Source: Candidatus Hermodarchaeota archaeon
GTDB taxonomy: Archaea; Asgardarchaeota; Hermodarchaeia; Hermodarchaeales; Hermodarchaeaceae
Length of the DNA stretch: 64,000 nt
Direction of reading: 5' to 3'
Assembly (NCBI GenBank): GCA_016839805.1
Contig: JAEOTO010000006.1
Location: 64,001-128,000 of the forward strand
Shown: piece after piece, positions 27,518 through 37,500 of the stretch
How the letters are laid out: each line of letters opens with the position of its first letter
How positions within the stretch are numbered: position 1 is the stretch's first letter
The notes under the pieces: generated by a model
Database searches by the model: none
Told to the model about the DNA's origin: nothing
Seen by the model: only the letters and a program-made list of their open reading frames with translations
Position numbers and translations under genes: made by a program

Positions 27518-29095
27518 TTGCCACGTGGTTTATCAGTCTGCAGGTGGGACGATAAAGTTGGCCTGCGTATTGTGGGTGTGTACCCGCGGAACCTAGAGGT
27601 TTCTGAGGATGATATGTTACGTGTTTTTACGGCGCACGCTATGGGTAAGCCGGAAGCTGGTTTTCTCACTATGACTCTTGAAGGAACGAACCTGGCGGTA
27701 GCGTCTTTTTACACTGGCATTCTCCGTGGGCGTGATCAGTTTTGTATTATGATGTTTATGGATTTGGATGAAGAACCGCGGAGTTTTGAAGAGGGGTTGA
27801 CGCTTGCGTCGAGTGAGATTGTGGAGAATATTGGTGAGCCGGAGTTTGTTGAGTATCTGGGTGAAGTGTTTGAGAAGCTGAAGCGGATGGTGGAGCTGTC
27901 CGTGGAGCAGCGGCTTGCTAAGGTGTTTGTGGATCAGGAAACGCGGTTGTTGATGCATAAGTTGGCTCGTGGTGGTATTTCCGCAGAAGAGCTCCGGGAA
28001 TGGCTTGAGTTACAGACAGGGAAGCATTACCCCGATTTAGGGCTAGTAACTCTGCCTTTGTTACGAAGTGGACTAGTGGAAGAGGATTGGATTAACGCGG
28101 TGTCAGACAACTGTGTCTTTCTAGTAAACGATTTGTTGGGTGCACGGTTTCCGCCAGAGCAGGTGATTAAACTTGCTAAAGGTGGCGGGTTAAACAAGGA
28201 GCAATACAACGAATTAGAAACGCGTGTGAAGAGTTTCTTTGAGGGTTATCAGTGGACTGAAGAAGATACGATTATTATTGGTCAGTTGCTGCTAGATCCG
28301 GATATTTATGACGTGACGAAGACGTTACGGCGGAAAATTGCGCATAAATCCGAGTTGGCGGGAGTGGTCGAAAAGGAAGCATCATTGGATAATGTGCTTC
28401 GACGTCTAGAGCAGGTACAAGTGATTACGAAATTTGGTGAAAATGCTGTTGACGTAGCTGCTAACGACGATCCGTTGATTGTGTTAATGGCGGATGTACA
28501 CTTTGAGTCTTTCTTCCCGGAATTTCTAGTATTGCGTATTCAGGAACGGTTAGAGGCTAAGGATATTCATCCGGATATTGCGAAGCGGCATCTAGAGTTG
28601 CTTAGTGAAATGTATATGCGTATGCGAGAGAAGATGAAAGAACGCAAGAAGCGAAAGAAGGAAGAGGAAGAAGAGGAACTTCCTGAAATCGAAGCTGAAA
28701 TGGTTCACCCGCCCGAAGTCGCTGAGGAGGAACCTCTAGAAACCGCTGAAATGCCTCCACTTGACGAAAAAGAAGCGAAACGCATTCGAAAAGAGGAGGA
28801 GAAAGCACGTAAGGAAGAGGAAAAACGTCTAAAAGTCGAGGAGAAGAAGCGGAAGAAGGAAGAGGCGCAAAAGAAGAAGGAAGAGGAGAAGCAGAAGAAA
28901 GAGGAAGAGAAGCGTCGCAAGGAAGAGGAGAAGCAGAAGAAGGAAGAGGCGCAAAAGAAGAAGGAAGAGGAGAAGCAGAAGAAAGAGGAAGAGAAGCGTC
29001 GCAAGGAAGAGGAGAAGCAGAAGAAAAAGGAAAAAGAGAAGAAGCAAAAAGAGGAAAAAAAGAAAGAAAAGGAACCTGAAGCTGAGGCTACCTAA
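27518..29095 (+). CDS. uDENN/longin-like + two winged helices + K/E-rich single-alpha-helix tail
   Basis: WDDKVG..I.GVYP longin motif; LLRSGLV and LEQVQVI wHTH ends; GGGAGG SD, TTG start. Confidence 0.8.
   Translation: MPRGLSVCRWDDKVGLRIVGVYPRNLEVSEDDMLRVFTAHAMGKPEAGFLTMTLEGTNLAVASFYTGILRGRDQFCIMMFMDLDEEPRSFEEGLTLASSEIVENIGEPEFVEYLGEVFEKLKRMVELSVEQRLAKVFVDQETRLLMHKLARGGISAEELREWLELQTGKHYPDLGLVTLPLLRSGLVEEDWINAVSDNCVFLVNDLLGARFPPEQVIKLAKGGGLNKEQYNELETRVKSFFEGYQWTEEDTIIIGQLLLDPDIYDVTKTLRRKIAHKSELAGVVEKEASLDNVLRRLEQVQVITKFGENAVDVAANDDPLIVLMADVHFESFFPEFLVLRIQERLEAKDIHPDIAKRHLELLSEMYMRMREKMKERKKRKKEEEEEELPEIEAEMVHPPEVAEEEPLETAEMPPLDEKEAKRIRKEEEKARKEEEKRLKVEEKKRKKEEAQKKKEEEKQKKEEEKRRKEEEKQKKEEAQKKKEEEKQKKEEEKRRKEEEKQKKKEKEKKQKEEKKKEKEPEAEAT
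28852..29025 (+). repeat. Perfect 84-bp tandem duplication (28 aa, KKEEAQKKKEEEKQKKEEEKRRKEEEKQ x2)
   Basis: GAGGCGCAA recurs at 28862 and 28946 and the intervening units are identical. Confidence 0.9.
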
Positions 29096-29102
29096 CGCTT
29101 TC

Positions 29103-29759
29103 TCAATCCTTCAAACTCCGTTGTTGTTTTGTTGAGAGAATATCACGGGCCGTTTCCCAAGTTTGCCGGACAACCTCAGGAAATGTATCATGTGTGCTAA
29201 TCCATTTCGTGAGAAATTGTCGTGTTTTTGGATCGTTTGGGTAGCCACTGCCAAAATCACCAAATTGCTTATGTAATTCTTTGATACGTTGATCTCTTCG
29301 TACTTTTGCGATAATCGAAGCTGCAGCAACAACAGGATAACGACTATCTGCCTTATGTTCACTGATTACCTTCTTTTTGGTGAATAATTGTGATTGAATC
29401 ATCCGTCCATAGCGGTCAGCATTAACGTCCGAAGCATCAATGTACGCTGTGTGCCACTGGAGTTGATTCAGTACCTGCGCCATCCATTGGGCTTCAAGGG
29501 TGTTGAGTGTCCGTTTTTGCCGGCGTTGATCATCAATTTCTTGAGCACTAATTTCTAATACTTCCACTTGATTCGCAAGGCGTCGTATTTGCTGGTTAAG
29601 GGTTTCTCGTCGTCGGGGGGTCAACTGTTTTGAATCTCGAATTCCCCATTCAATCAGTGCTTCTTCTTGAGATTCTATAATAACAATTCCTGCGATTACT
29701 AATGGTCCAATGACTGGACCCCGACCTGCTTCATCAACACCTGCAATTCGCTGCGACAT
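29103..29759 (-). CDS. rnhB: Ribonuclease HII
   Basis: GVDEAGRGPVIGP, DSKQL, HKAD, AASIIAKV.RD, GSGYP. Confidence 0.97.
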   Translation of the reverse strand: MSQRIAGVDEAGRGPVIGPLVIAGIVIIESQEEALIEWGIRDSKQLTPRRRETLNQQIRRLANQVEVLEISAQEIDDQRRQKRTLNTLEAQWMAQVLNQLQWHTAYIDASDVNADRYGRMIQSQLFTKKKVISEHKADSRYPVVAAASIIAKVRRDQRIKELHKQFGDFGSGYPNDPKTRQFLTKWISTHDTFPEVVRQTWETARDILSTKQQRSLKD

Positions 29760-29839
29760 ACTCAACACCAATTACGCAATATCGATTGCTCCGAAACCAT
29801 TAACAGGTACGCATTCTTTTAAATTCGTACTTAGATGCT

Positions 29840-30139
29840 TTGCTTGTGACTTTCATGGAAGAATGTAAATACGCTGAAATATGGCTCAGTATGTATGAGG
29901 GACAATTTCGTGTCTCCAGCCGACTGCCCTCCCATGTTGAAGTTCCATCTGATTTTCAATGTTTAACACCTGAGGGAGAAAGCATACCCGTTTGTGTTTC
30001 ACAATTATACTCCTCAATTCACGACGCTAAGGGACGCGCAGCAACTTTACAAGATACTCTTCAACAACAAGGCTGTAAGGTCATCTTCTATTTTGAGCTA
30101 CGTCCACCGATTATCGGAAATCCTCATGGTCCTAGCTAG
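29840..30139 (+). CDS. Hypothetical protein
   Basis: 99-aa ORF filling the gap downstream of a TTTTAAAT element. Confidence 0.45.
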   Translation: MLVTFMEECKYAEIWLSMYEGQFRVSSRLPSHVEVPSDFQCLTPEGESIPVCVSQLYSSIHDAKGRAATLQDTLQQQGCKVIFYFELRPPIIGNPHGPS

Positions 30140-30872
30140 ATTCCCCGGATTCTTTCACAGTAGTATTGATTTCATTAACTTTTGCCTGCTTTGCTCGACG
30201 ACGGATAATAATTCGATAGACCAAGAAAACGACAAAGAAGATAATGAGTATGACTAAGATCATAGTTTCAAAGAGGTCTATTAACTCAGCTAAATTAAAG
30301 AATGCAATACCAACTACCCACCCTAACACCCCTAAAATCAAACATCGTGGTAATGCGCCAAGAAAAGTTATGAAAGTAAACCGTTTGATGTCCACTCGAA
30401 TAGCTCCATAAAGAAGGGAGACGACTGAAAGCGGGATAATCGGTATGGCTCGTGCCGTAAAAAGATAGATTTCGTCGCGAGAAGATTGTTGCATGCGTTG
30501 ACGCATATACTCAATTTCATCTATGGAAGTTCCCAAGTATTTCCCATATCGTTCAATTATAGGATATCCTCCAAAGTAAGCGATTCCATACCCAAAGAAA
30601 GAACCAATAGTAACGGCAAATGCGCCAACTAACATCACATTAACAATAATGCTAAGAATTGCAGCATAGGGGTCTAATCCGATGGTCAAGATAAACCCCG
30701 CTGCCATCATGATAATCGGAGAGGGGATTGGTGCAATGAAGGTCTCTATCATAACACCAAGGAACACTCCAAGTGGTCCTAGGGCATGGACCCATGAAAT
30801 TATTAACCAAATGAGGCCTTCAATCCATGCATCAATAATATGTAGCCAATCAAGGATAATGTTCATTATCAA
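30132..30872 (-). CDS. DedA/VTT-family membrane protein
   Basis: IET.IAPIPS, GS..GY.I...GG, ARAIPIIP..VVS...G. Confidence 0.9.
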   Translation of the reverse strand: MIMNIILDWLHIIDAWIEGLIWLIISWVHALGPLGVFLGVMIETFIAPIPSPIIMMAAGFILTIGLDPYAAILSIIVNVMLVGAFAVTIGSFFGYGIAYFGGYPIIERYGKYLGTSIDEIEYMRQRMQQSSRDEIYLFTARAIPIIPLSVVSLLYGAIRVDIKRFTFITFLGALPRCLILGVLGWVVGIAFFNLAELIDLFETMILVILIIFFVVFLVYRIIIRRRAKQAKVNEINTTVKESGESS

Positions 30873-30919
30873 TTACAAAACGCCCCGAAATGACCCATTA
30901 TCGAAAGATTCTCTACATA

Positions 30920-31258
30920 TCATTCTCCAGGATGAGCACTTGAAATTTCATCCCGGGAAGGAAATTCCGAGTCATCAACGAGCACAATTTCTCCATAGCG
31001 ACCCGCTGAGAGCTCCATTTCTCCCCGAAAAGTTTTCACAAATCCGTTGTTGATTTCTACCACCACGTCTTCATCAACTTTGTCAATATCATCGTTCCAT
31101 AGGGATAATTTAATGGTGCCGGTTTCATCTCCCGCCTGAGCAGTGGTTACGCGGGCCTTTCCATAGCGTGTCTGCACTTCTCTTACTGGCTCTAGAGAAA
31201 GGATGCGTAACCGTATGTCAACGCGACGGGAAGCAGAGGATAATTCATTTACTTTCAT
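30920..31258 (-). CDS. Single OB-fold ssDNA-binding protein (SSB/RPA-like)
   Basis: MKVNEL...GDETGTIKLSLWN...NGFVKTFRGEMELSAGRYG. Confidence 0.9.
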   Translation of the reverse strand: MKVNELSSASRRVDIRLRILSLEPVREVQTRYGKARVTTAQAGDETGTIKLSLWNDDIDKVDEDVVVEINNGFVKTFRGEMELSAGRYGEIVLVDDSEFPSRDEISSAHPGE

Positions 31259-31315
31259 TATTCTGGAAACCCTCGTTACAAGATTTATCAAGGATGTACT
31301 AATACACACTTTTAA

Positions 31316-32732
31316 AACTTGTTTGCAAGTTCTCACTTTTCAAGGCGGGATTAAATTGACCCAAGACCAGCAGACTGAAAAACAACGAATACGGTCATAT
31401 CCTTAGAATGCGCCCGCTGCCACTCACCCGGAAAATTCGCATCTTTCCCACACCCCAACAAGAATACGTTCTGTGGGCCCTATCCGAGAAATGCCGTCTT
31501 CTCTACAACTTTGCCTTGGTTGAACGACAGCAATATTGGGAAGCCAACCGGACGAAACCACCCGAGGCGCGCACTTATATAACCTACATAAAGCAGCAAA
31601 ATGACCTTCCAACCATCAAAGAACAGTATCCCGAATACGCCTGGGTTTATTCCAAGGTTCTCCAGATGGTCTTACGACGCTTGGATGCCGACTACAAGTC
31701 CTTCTATGCCCGCTGGAACAATGGTGATCACCACGCACGTCCACCCCGTTTCAAAGGCAAGCAGTATTTCACCACCCTTTGCTACAACCAATCGGGATTT
31801 ACCATTGACATAGAAAATAAGCGGATCCGCCTCTCCCACAATCACCCCTCCGGTGTGGAACTCCTATTTGACCTACCATGGCTAACAAAAATTACAGGCA
31901 AGGTCAAACAGGTAGAACTCTTTCAGGATCGGCGACGTAGGTGGTTCGTAGCTATCACTACTGACGAGACGGTACCTGCCTATGTGGACAACGGGTTATA
32001 CCAAGCAATCGATTTGGGCATCGTTAATCTGGTCACCGCCGTTAACCTCCACGGCAAGTTCGTGCAGATTCGGAATCGTCGCCCTGACCGCTATTGGCGG
32101 TCAAAGATTCGGGAGGTGCAATCGAAACGCGACCATTGTAAACAATTTAGCAAAAAATGGTACTGGTATACTGTCAAATTACAAAAGATGCAACGCAAAC
32201 TGACCAATCAGTTGCGCGACTTCCAACACAAAATCTCTAAGTGCATCGTGGAAAATACCCGGGCCAATACACTTGTTCTCGGTGCTCTGGACATCAAAGC
32301 AATGGCGCGAAAGAAAAAAATCATAGCTAGTCCACGAGTAATTAAGGCCTATAGGACTTTGAACCATTCGCTGCAGAATACAGGGTTCTTGGGGCGCTTC
32401 GCCGAATTCTTGACCTACAAGGCACAGAAAGTAGGGAAAAGAGTGATAAGAATTGACGAAGCGTACACCACGAAAACTTGTTGTGTCTGTGGTAAGATCC
32501 GAGATCGGCAATTGTCTGAGCGCCGTATTCAGTGCGATTGTGGAACCCCTCTTGACCGTGACCAGAACGCGGCGGTCAACATCATGGTACGGTTCCTATC
32601 GCAGCAACCCCCTGTGAACGGGGAGCCATTACAAACTTTCTTGAATGGCTTGCATCGACACACAGCCTTACCCCACCTCCACCGGGTAACGGACTCGATG
32701 GAAGTTCCTGCATTAATGCAGGGATAGTTCAC
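31316..32732 (+). mobile_element. tnpB-only IS200/IS605 (IS1341-like) element
   Basis: Right end: GAAG + hairpin 32705-32724 + TCAC. Degenerate left hairpin 31331-31350 preceded by AAGT, which predicts a TTAA target (TTTAA at 31311-31315). No tnpA. Confidence 0.8.
31408..32727 (+). CDS. tnpB: RNA-guided endonuclease TnpB (rearranged RuvC-II type)
   Basis: CRLLYNFAL, PRFKG, AIDLG (RuvC-I), LVLG...IDEAYTT, CCVCG/CDCG, DRDQNAAVNI (RuvC-III). Confidence 0.95.
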   Translation: MRPLPLTRKIRIFPTPQQEYVLWALSEKCRLLYNFALVERQQYWEANRTKPPEARTYITYIKQQNDLPTIKEQYPEYAWVYSKVLQMVLRRLDADYKSFYARWNNGDHHARPPRFKGKQYFTTLCYNQSGFTIDIENKRIRLSHNHPSGVELLFDLPWLTKITGKVKQVELFQDRRRRWFVAITTDETVPAYVDNGLYQAIDLGIVNLVTAVNLHGKFVQIRNRRPDRYWRSKIREVQSKRDHCKQFSKKWYWYTVKLQKMQRKLTNQLRDFQHKISKCIVENTRANTLVLGALDIKAMARKKKIIASPRVIKAYRTLNHSLQNTGFLGRFAEFLTYKAQKVGKRVIRIDEAYTTKTCCVCGKIRDRQLSERRIQCDCGTPLDRDQNAAVNIMVRFLSQQPPVNGEPLQTFLNGLHRHTALPHLHRVTDSMEVPALMQG

Positions 32733-32778
32733 AACTTGTAGGATGGCAAGTTTTTCTGAAAAGGAAGGGAAACTTTGG

Positions 32779-34506
32779 ATGCCTGTGTCGTCGTCAACGC
32801 CTTTTGAAAAACTCGCTAAAGTGTCTGAAGCAATCATGACAACATCAAAACGCTTACAGAAGATGGATTTTGCAGGCGATTTCCTTTCTGCGCTTCCTCA
32901 AGAAGAGATTGAAGCAGCGGCGCTACTTCTTATTGGGCATCCCTTTCCACGAACCAGTCAACGGACGTTAGCACTGGATTGGTCGGCGTTATACCAGATT
33001 CTCCAAGAATTGTTACAACCTGCACCTGAATTAATGAATGAACTCTTCGCCCAGTCAGGTGACATTGGAGAAGTGGTTCATCAATTATTTTTACGATCAG
33101 GGAAAATCCGACAAACCCCTCTCTTCACCACACCTCTTATGCTAATGGAGGTATATGCAACATTCATTGAAATCGCCGATGTTCAGGGATTTGGTTCACG
33201 GAAACGAAAAACTGCATTACTTCGATCTCTCTTTACACAAGCGGTCCCACTGGAAGCAAAATATCTTGCTAAACTCTTAGTTGGTGATCAACGAATTGGC
33301 TTCAGTGAAGGAATGTTAGAAAGTGCAGTCTCACGTAATCTTAACTTGCCACTCGAATTAGTCTGTCGCGCTAATATGCTCACAGGAAATATCGGTGAAG
33401 TGACACGGATCGCCTATTCACAGGGTGCAAAAGGACTTGAAAAAGTCAGATTACGACCGTTTACACCTCTCCTTCCGATGTTAGCCGCACAAGCAGAGGA
33501 TGTGGAAGATGCACTCCGTACCCATGAGGTGCAATCAGCTTTTGAGATGAAACTCGATGGTGCTCGTGTTCAGATTCACAGGCAACAAAAGAAGGGTGAA
33601 TCTCGAATACGCATTTATAGTAGACGCTTAACGGATGTCACCACAAGTTTACCTGATCTTATTGATCTTGTGAGAACTCAGGTTACTGTTCAAAGTTGTA
33701 TCCTTGAAGGTGAAGTTCTGGCGGTGGATCAGGATGGCCGCCCCTTTCCATTTCAACATTTAATGAGGAGATTTCGTCGAGTTCGAAATGTTGAGAAAAT
33801 GGTTGAAGAAATCCCTGTTACTCTTTATCTCTTCGATTTACTTATGCTGAATGATGAAGTGCTTATTGATACACCTTACACAAATCGTAGGAAACAGTTA
33901 GAAAGAATAAGTGGTACAATACCATTAGTTGAGCAATTAATTCCCTCAAATCTTGATCAAGCAAAGGAATTCTTCGAGAAGACAGTACAAATTGGTCATG
34001 AAGGTCTCATTGCTAAGCGCTTAGATAGTCTCTATCAACCTGGAATCCGTGGAAAAGCCTGGTTAAAGGTTAAAAGAAGTATGGAAACTCTGGATCTCAT
34101 AATTATTGCCGCAGAATGGGGGACGGGTCGTCGACATAAATGGCTTAGCGATTATCATTTAGCTGCTCCGGATCCTGAATCAGGTGAATACCATATGCTA
34201 GGAAAGACTTTCAAGGGTCTTACTGACGCAGAATTTGAAGACATCACCCAACGCTTATTGGAAATAAAAATTGAGCAAACACGTGGTGTTGTAAGGGTTC
34301 AGCCCCGGATAGTAGTCGAAGTCGAGTTTGATGAAATTCAGCGGAGTCCCACATATAAATCTGGAATGGCCCTTCGATTTGCACGGATTAAACGGCTTCG
34401 TTACGATAAAGATCCCACTGATGCTGATACTATTCACCGAGTTCAAGAACTGTATGATTCTCAATTTCAACGCAAAGCATTTAGTGATCGTGTTGGACGA
34501 ACCTAA
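32779..34506 (+). CDS. lig: ATP-dependent DNA ligase
   Basis: MKLDGARVQIH, EGEV, FDLL, EGLIAK, WLKVK, ALRFARI. Start is ATG 32779 (AGGAAGGG SD) or 32743. Confidence 0.97.
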   Translation: MPVSSSTPFEKLAKVSEAIMTTSKRLQKMDFAGDFLSALPQEEIEAAALLLIGHPFPRTSQRTLALDWSALYQILQELLQPAPELMNELFAQSGDIGEVVHQLFLRSGKIRQTPLFTTPLMLMEVYATFIEIADVQGFGSRKRKTALLRSLFTQAVPLEAKYLAKLLVGDQRIGFSEGMLESAVSRNLNLPLELVCRANMLTGNIGEVTRIAYSQGAKGLEKVRLRPFTPLLPMLAAQAEDVEDALRTHEVQSAFEMKLDGARVQIHRQQKKGESRIRIYSRRLTDVTTSLPDLIDLVRTQVTVQSCILEGEVLAVDQDGRPFPFQHLMRRFRRVRNVEKMVEEIPVTLYLFDLLMLNDEVLIDTPYTNRRKQLERISGTIPLVEQLIPSNLDQAKEFFEKTVQIGHEGLIAKRLDSLYQPGIRGKAWLKVKRSMETLDLIIIAAEWGTGRRHKWLSDYHLAAPDPESGEYHMLGKTFKGLTDAEFEDITQRLLEIKIEQTRGVVRVQPRIVVEVEFDEIQRSPTYKSGMALRFARIKRLRYDKDPTDADTIHRVQELYDSQFQRKAFSDRVGRT

Positions 34507-34530
34507 TTCTTCCGCATTTAGGTAAGTGAT

Positions 34531-37500
34531 TTATTTTCGAAGTAAAATCTCTTCTGAAGCAGAAATCCATCGGGGACCAAGAGTTTGATTGAAAAGCGCT
34601 ATATAGCTTGGTTGATCACTAACTACAGCCACGGTTTCTCCTTGATTACCGTAGGTTGGGGCAATTAGGACCTCCTCACCATCTCGCGATCCTCCATAAA
34701 ATTCCATGTTTGGATTATTCCAGATGCGGATATTACCTTGTTGTAAAAGTTTACGTGCATTAGTTCGTTGTTTTTCACCATCAAGAGTAGTAATAACATG
34801 GATGCGGGTTTGAGGTTGGACTTTACTCAACTCCACAACTGGAACTTCGTCAAAGGACGGATAAACTAAGGTGATAGTATTACTAACACGGCGAAACATA
34901 TCCAGGAGATGATTTTGAATTCCCTCACAGGATACAATCCGCCATGTCCGCTCTGCCTCGGAAGGTTCAAGGCTTAAGAGGGTCTCCCATAAACCAGTTA
35001 GGATGTTTTCAGTACTAGTAGCTTGGTTTCGAAGGCGATCCAAAATTGGTTCAGTTTTTTGTGAAAAAAGCTGTAAAGTGTTGATAGATGTAGTTTCAGC
35101 TGTTTTGGCTCGGGTAGTAATTTCCTTAGCAAGGGTTTGGTATTCCGTTTTCAGTGTTTGACGCTCTTTACTTAACGTTTGACTAATACGTCTTCCCGTC
35201 TGCTGAGTCTGAGTTACTAAACTTTCTTTGGCTGTGTCAATAATCTGTTTCGTGGTGGCGATGAGAGTTTCATTCTTTTGTTGAACATCGATTGAAGCTG
35301 ATTCTTCAAATGTGTGCATGGTCTCTCTGATATGGCGTAGGCTATCCTGGATAGCACGGATTAACCTTGTCTTGGTTAAATCAATGGTTTGTTTAAAGCT
35401 TTGGAGAGTTTTTTCAATTTCTTGACCGAATCCAGTCCTGGCTTTAAGATTATCTTCTTCAATTACTTGGCTAGTCTCAGAGAGGATTCTATTAAGCTCT
35501 GTTTGTGAATCGGTGAACATGGAAGTCAGCTTCTGAATGAGTTGCTCCGACGTTGTATTCACCTTGTCACTAATACTAGACAGGTTGGTTTGAATCTGCG
35601 TAGCAAATGTACCTGTTTTGGAAGTTAGACTCGTTTGCAGGTTTTGGTTAATTTCTGTACTCTTAAATTCAGTTTGGTCTAGAATTTCGTCTAAGGCTGT
35701 ATCTATTTGTGTATTCGATAGATCTAACGCTTCTTTTCCTTCCTCTGCCTCCTGAGTCAGTGTTGAAAGTAATTTAGTTTGAGAGGTGTTGATGTATTCA
35801 ACAAAGTTTTGAAAAGTTGTGGTGACCTCCTTGCTTAGTGAGTTTTGCATTTCGTCAATGGCGGTTAGTTTTTGTACCCTATTTACCTCAATTGCCTGTT
35901 GCAGTTCAGTATCAATAGTTGCACCTGTAAGCTTGACTTTTTCCACCAGTTTCGAAGCAACAGTTTGCAGCTGGACTATCTCTTCCTGTAAATTAGTGAT
36001 GTAGTTCTCAGTTTCTTCTGATAAGGCATTAGTATATGTATCAAGGTGCTTGTCAATTGCTGCCCGTTGTTCATCGATTTTTTCAGCACAAGTTAGTCCA
36101 ATTTCCTCAATGATATTCTGGGCTTTCGGGATCTGGTTTTGAGTGAATTCTTCTAGTTTTGTTTGTATGCCCGTCAGCGTATCGATAACATTGGTACTCT
36201 GTTGAAGAATCATGTCATGAATGCTCTTTCTAAGATTTTCTACACGTTCTTCTTGTTCTTCAAGTTCTCTTTGGAGACTTTCAACAAAACTATCTGCCGT
36301 TTCACGAATGGCGGCGAGATTGGCAAGAGTAAGAGATTCAATCTTACCAGTCATGGTTTCCATTTTCTGGCTTGATGTATTTTTTTGAGCCGTAATGTCG
36401 TTACCTAAAACCTCAAGAAGCGTTTGGGTCTCTTGGAGCTGTGCTAGGCAATCCTCCTGCATTTCATTAATTCCCTGGATGATTTGTTCATTAAACCCGG
36501 TTTTTTCTCGATCAAAGGCCTGGGCAGTTGCTGTAAGAAGATTGTTCGCATCATCACTGTAATTAGTAAGGCTGGTCGTTACATTCACGGTTGCTTGATC
36601 AACTGCCGTTCCACTGGCTGTACTAAGGGCATTTAGGTTGCTTACAACCGTATTAGTATATTCATCGATAATTTGGGTAAGAGGAAGCCAGTGTTTGTCT
36701 ACGAGCGTCTTAGCTTCATTATCGTAAATGTCAATAGTCTCGTTAAGCTTGGTTTTGAATTTATCAAGGAGAGGTTTGATTTCAGGGGCTTCAGTAGTTA
36801 GGTATTCTTGGAGTGTCCTCTGTAATTGGTTTTGTAGGCGGTTCTCAAGAATCGTTTGAAAAGCACTTTGGGCTTGGTTTTCTAGTTCTTCACGGTTAAT
36901 TATCAAAGTATCTTGGTAAGTTTTTATCGCTGAACTAGTAGCGTTTTTCAGAATCTTAGAAAGAGCAGTTTCCAAGCCTTTAGCATAATTTACTTTGAGG
37001 AGCTTCTTGTGGAAAGATTGTGTTTCAGTATTGATACTCTCTCCATATGCTTTCAATTTATTCCCGAGTAAAGATTGGAACTTCATTAAGGACGATTCAA
37101 AATTATTGACCTGACTGTTAAGGTTTTGTGCCAAAGTTTTGGAGAGTAACTCTTGAGGAAATTGTGTGAGCTTATCTTGAGTTGATTTAAGAATGGCTGT
37201 AATTTGTTTATCACGTAGTGTTTGATTTTTCAACTGCTTGCCGAATTCTATCAAAATTGTTTCTAATTCTTGTCTTATTTTAGTTCGTACAACTTTTGAC
37301 TCTCTTTTTAGAGTTGTTGGGAGTTTTAGTATTTGGCTGGTTGTTGCCTGAAAGAGTTCGTCAATCTGGCTTTCTCGATTGGTCTGCCGAGTCAGCCTTG
37401 CCTTACAGTTACGAAAAATAGCATTAATCTGCGTTTTGAATTCCTTCTCAAACTGATCTTTAATTTGAATAGTCTGTTGATTTTGTATTTTGGTAACTTC

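Noticed and set aside
28780-29060. Purine-rich repeats as a possible CRISPR array
   Set aside because: In-frame coding tandem repeat without unique spacers, and no cas genes in the window.
32268-32300. TnpB as a nuclease-dead TldR because the RuvC-II Glu is missing
   Set aside because: The Gly plus a downstream Glu (IDEAY) fits the rearranged active-site type, and both Asp residues are intact.
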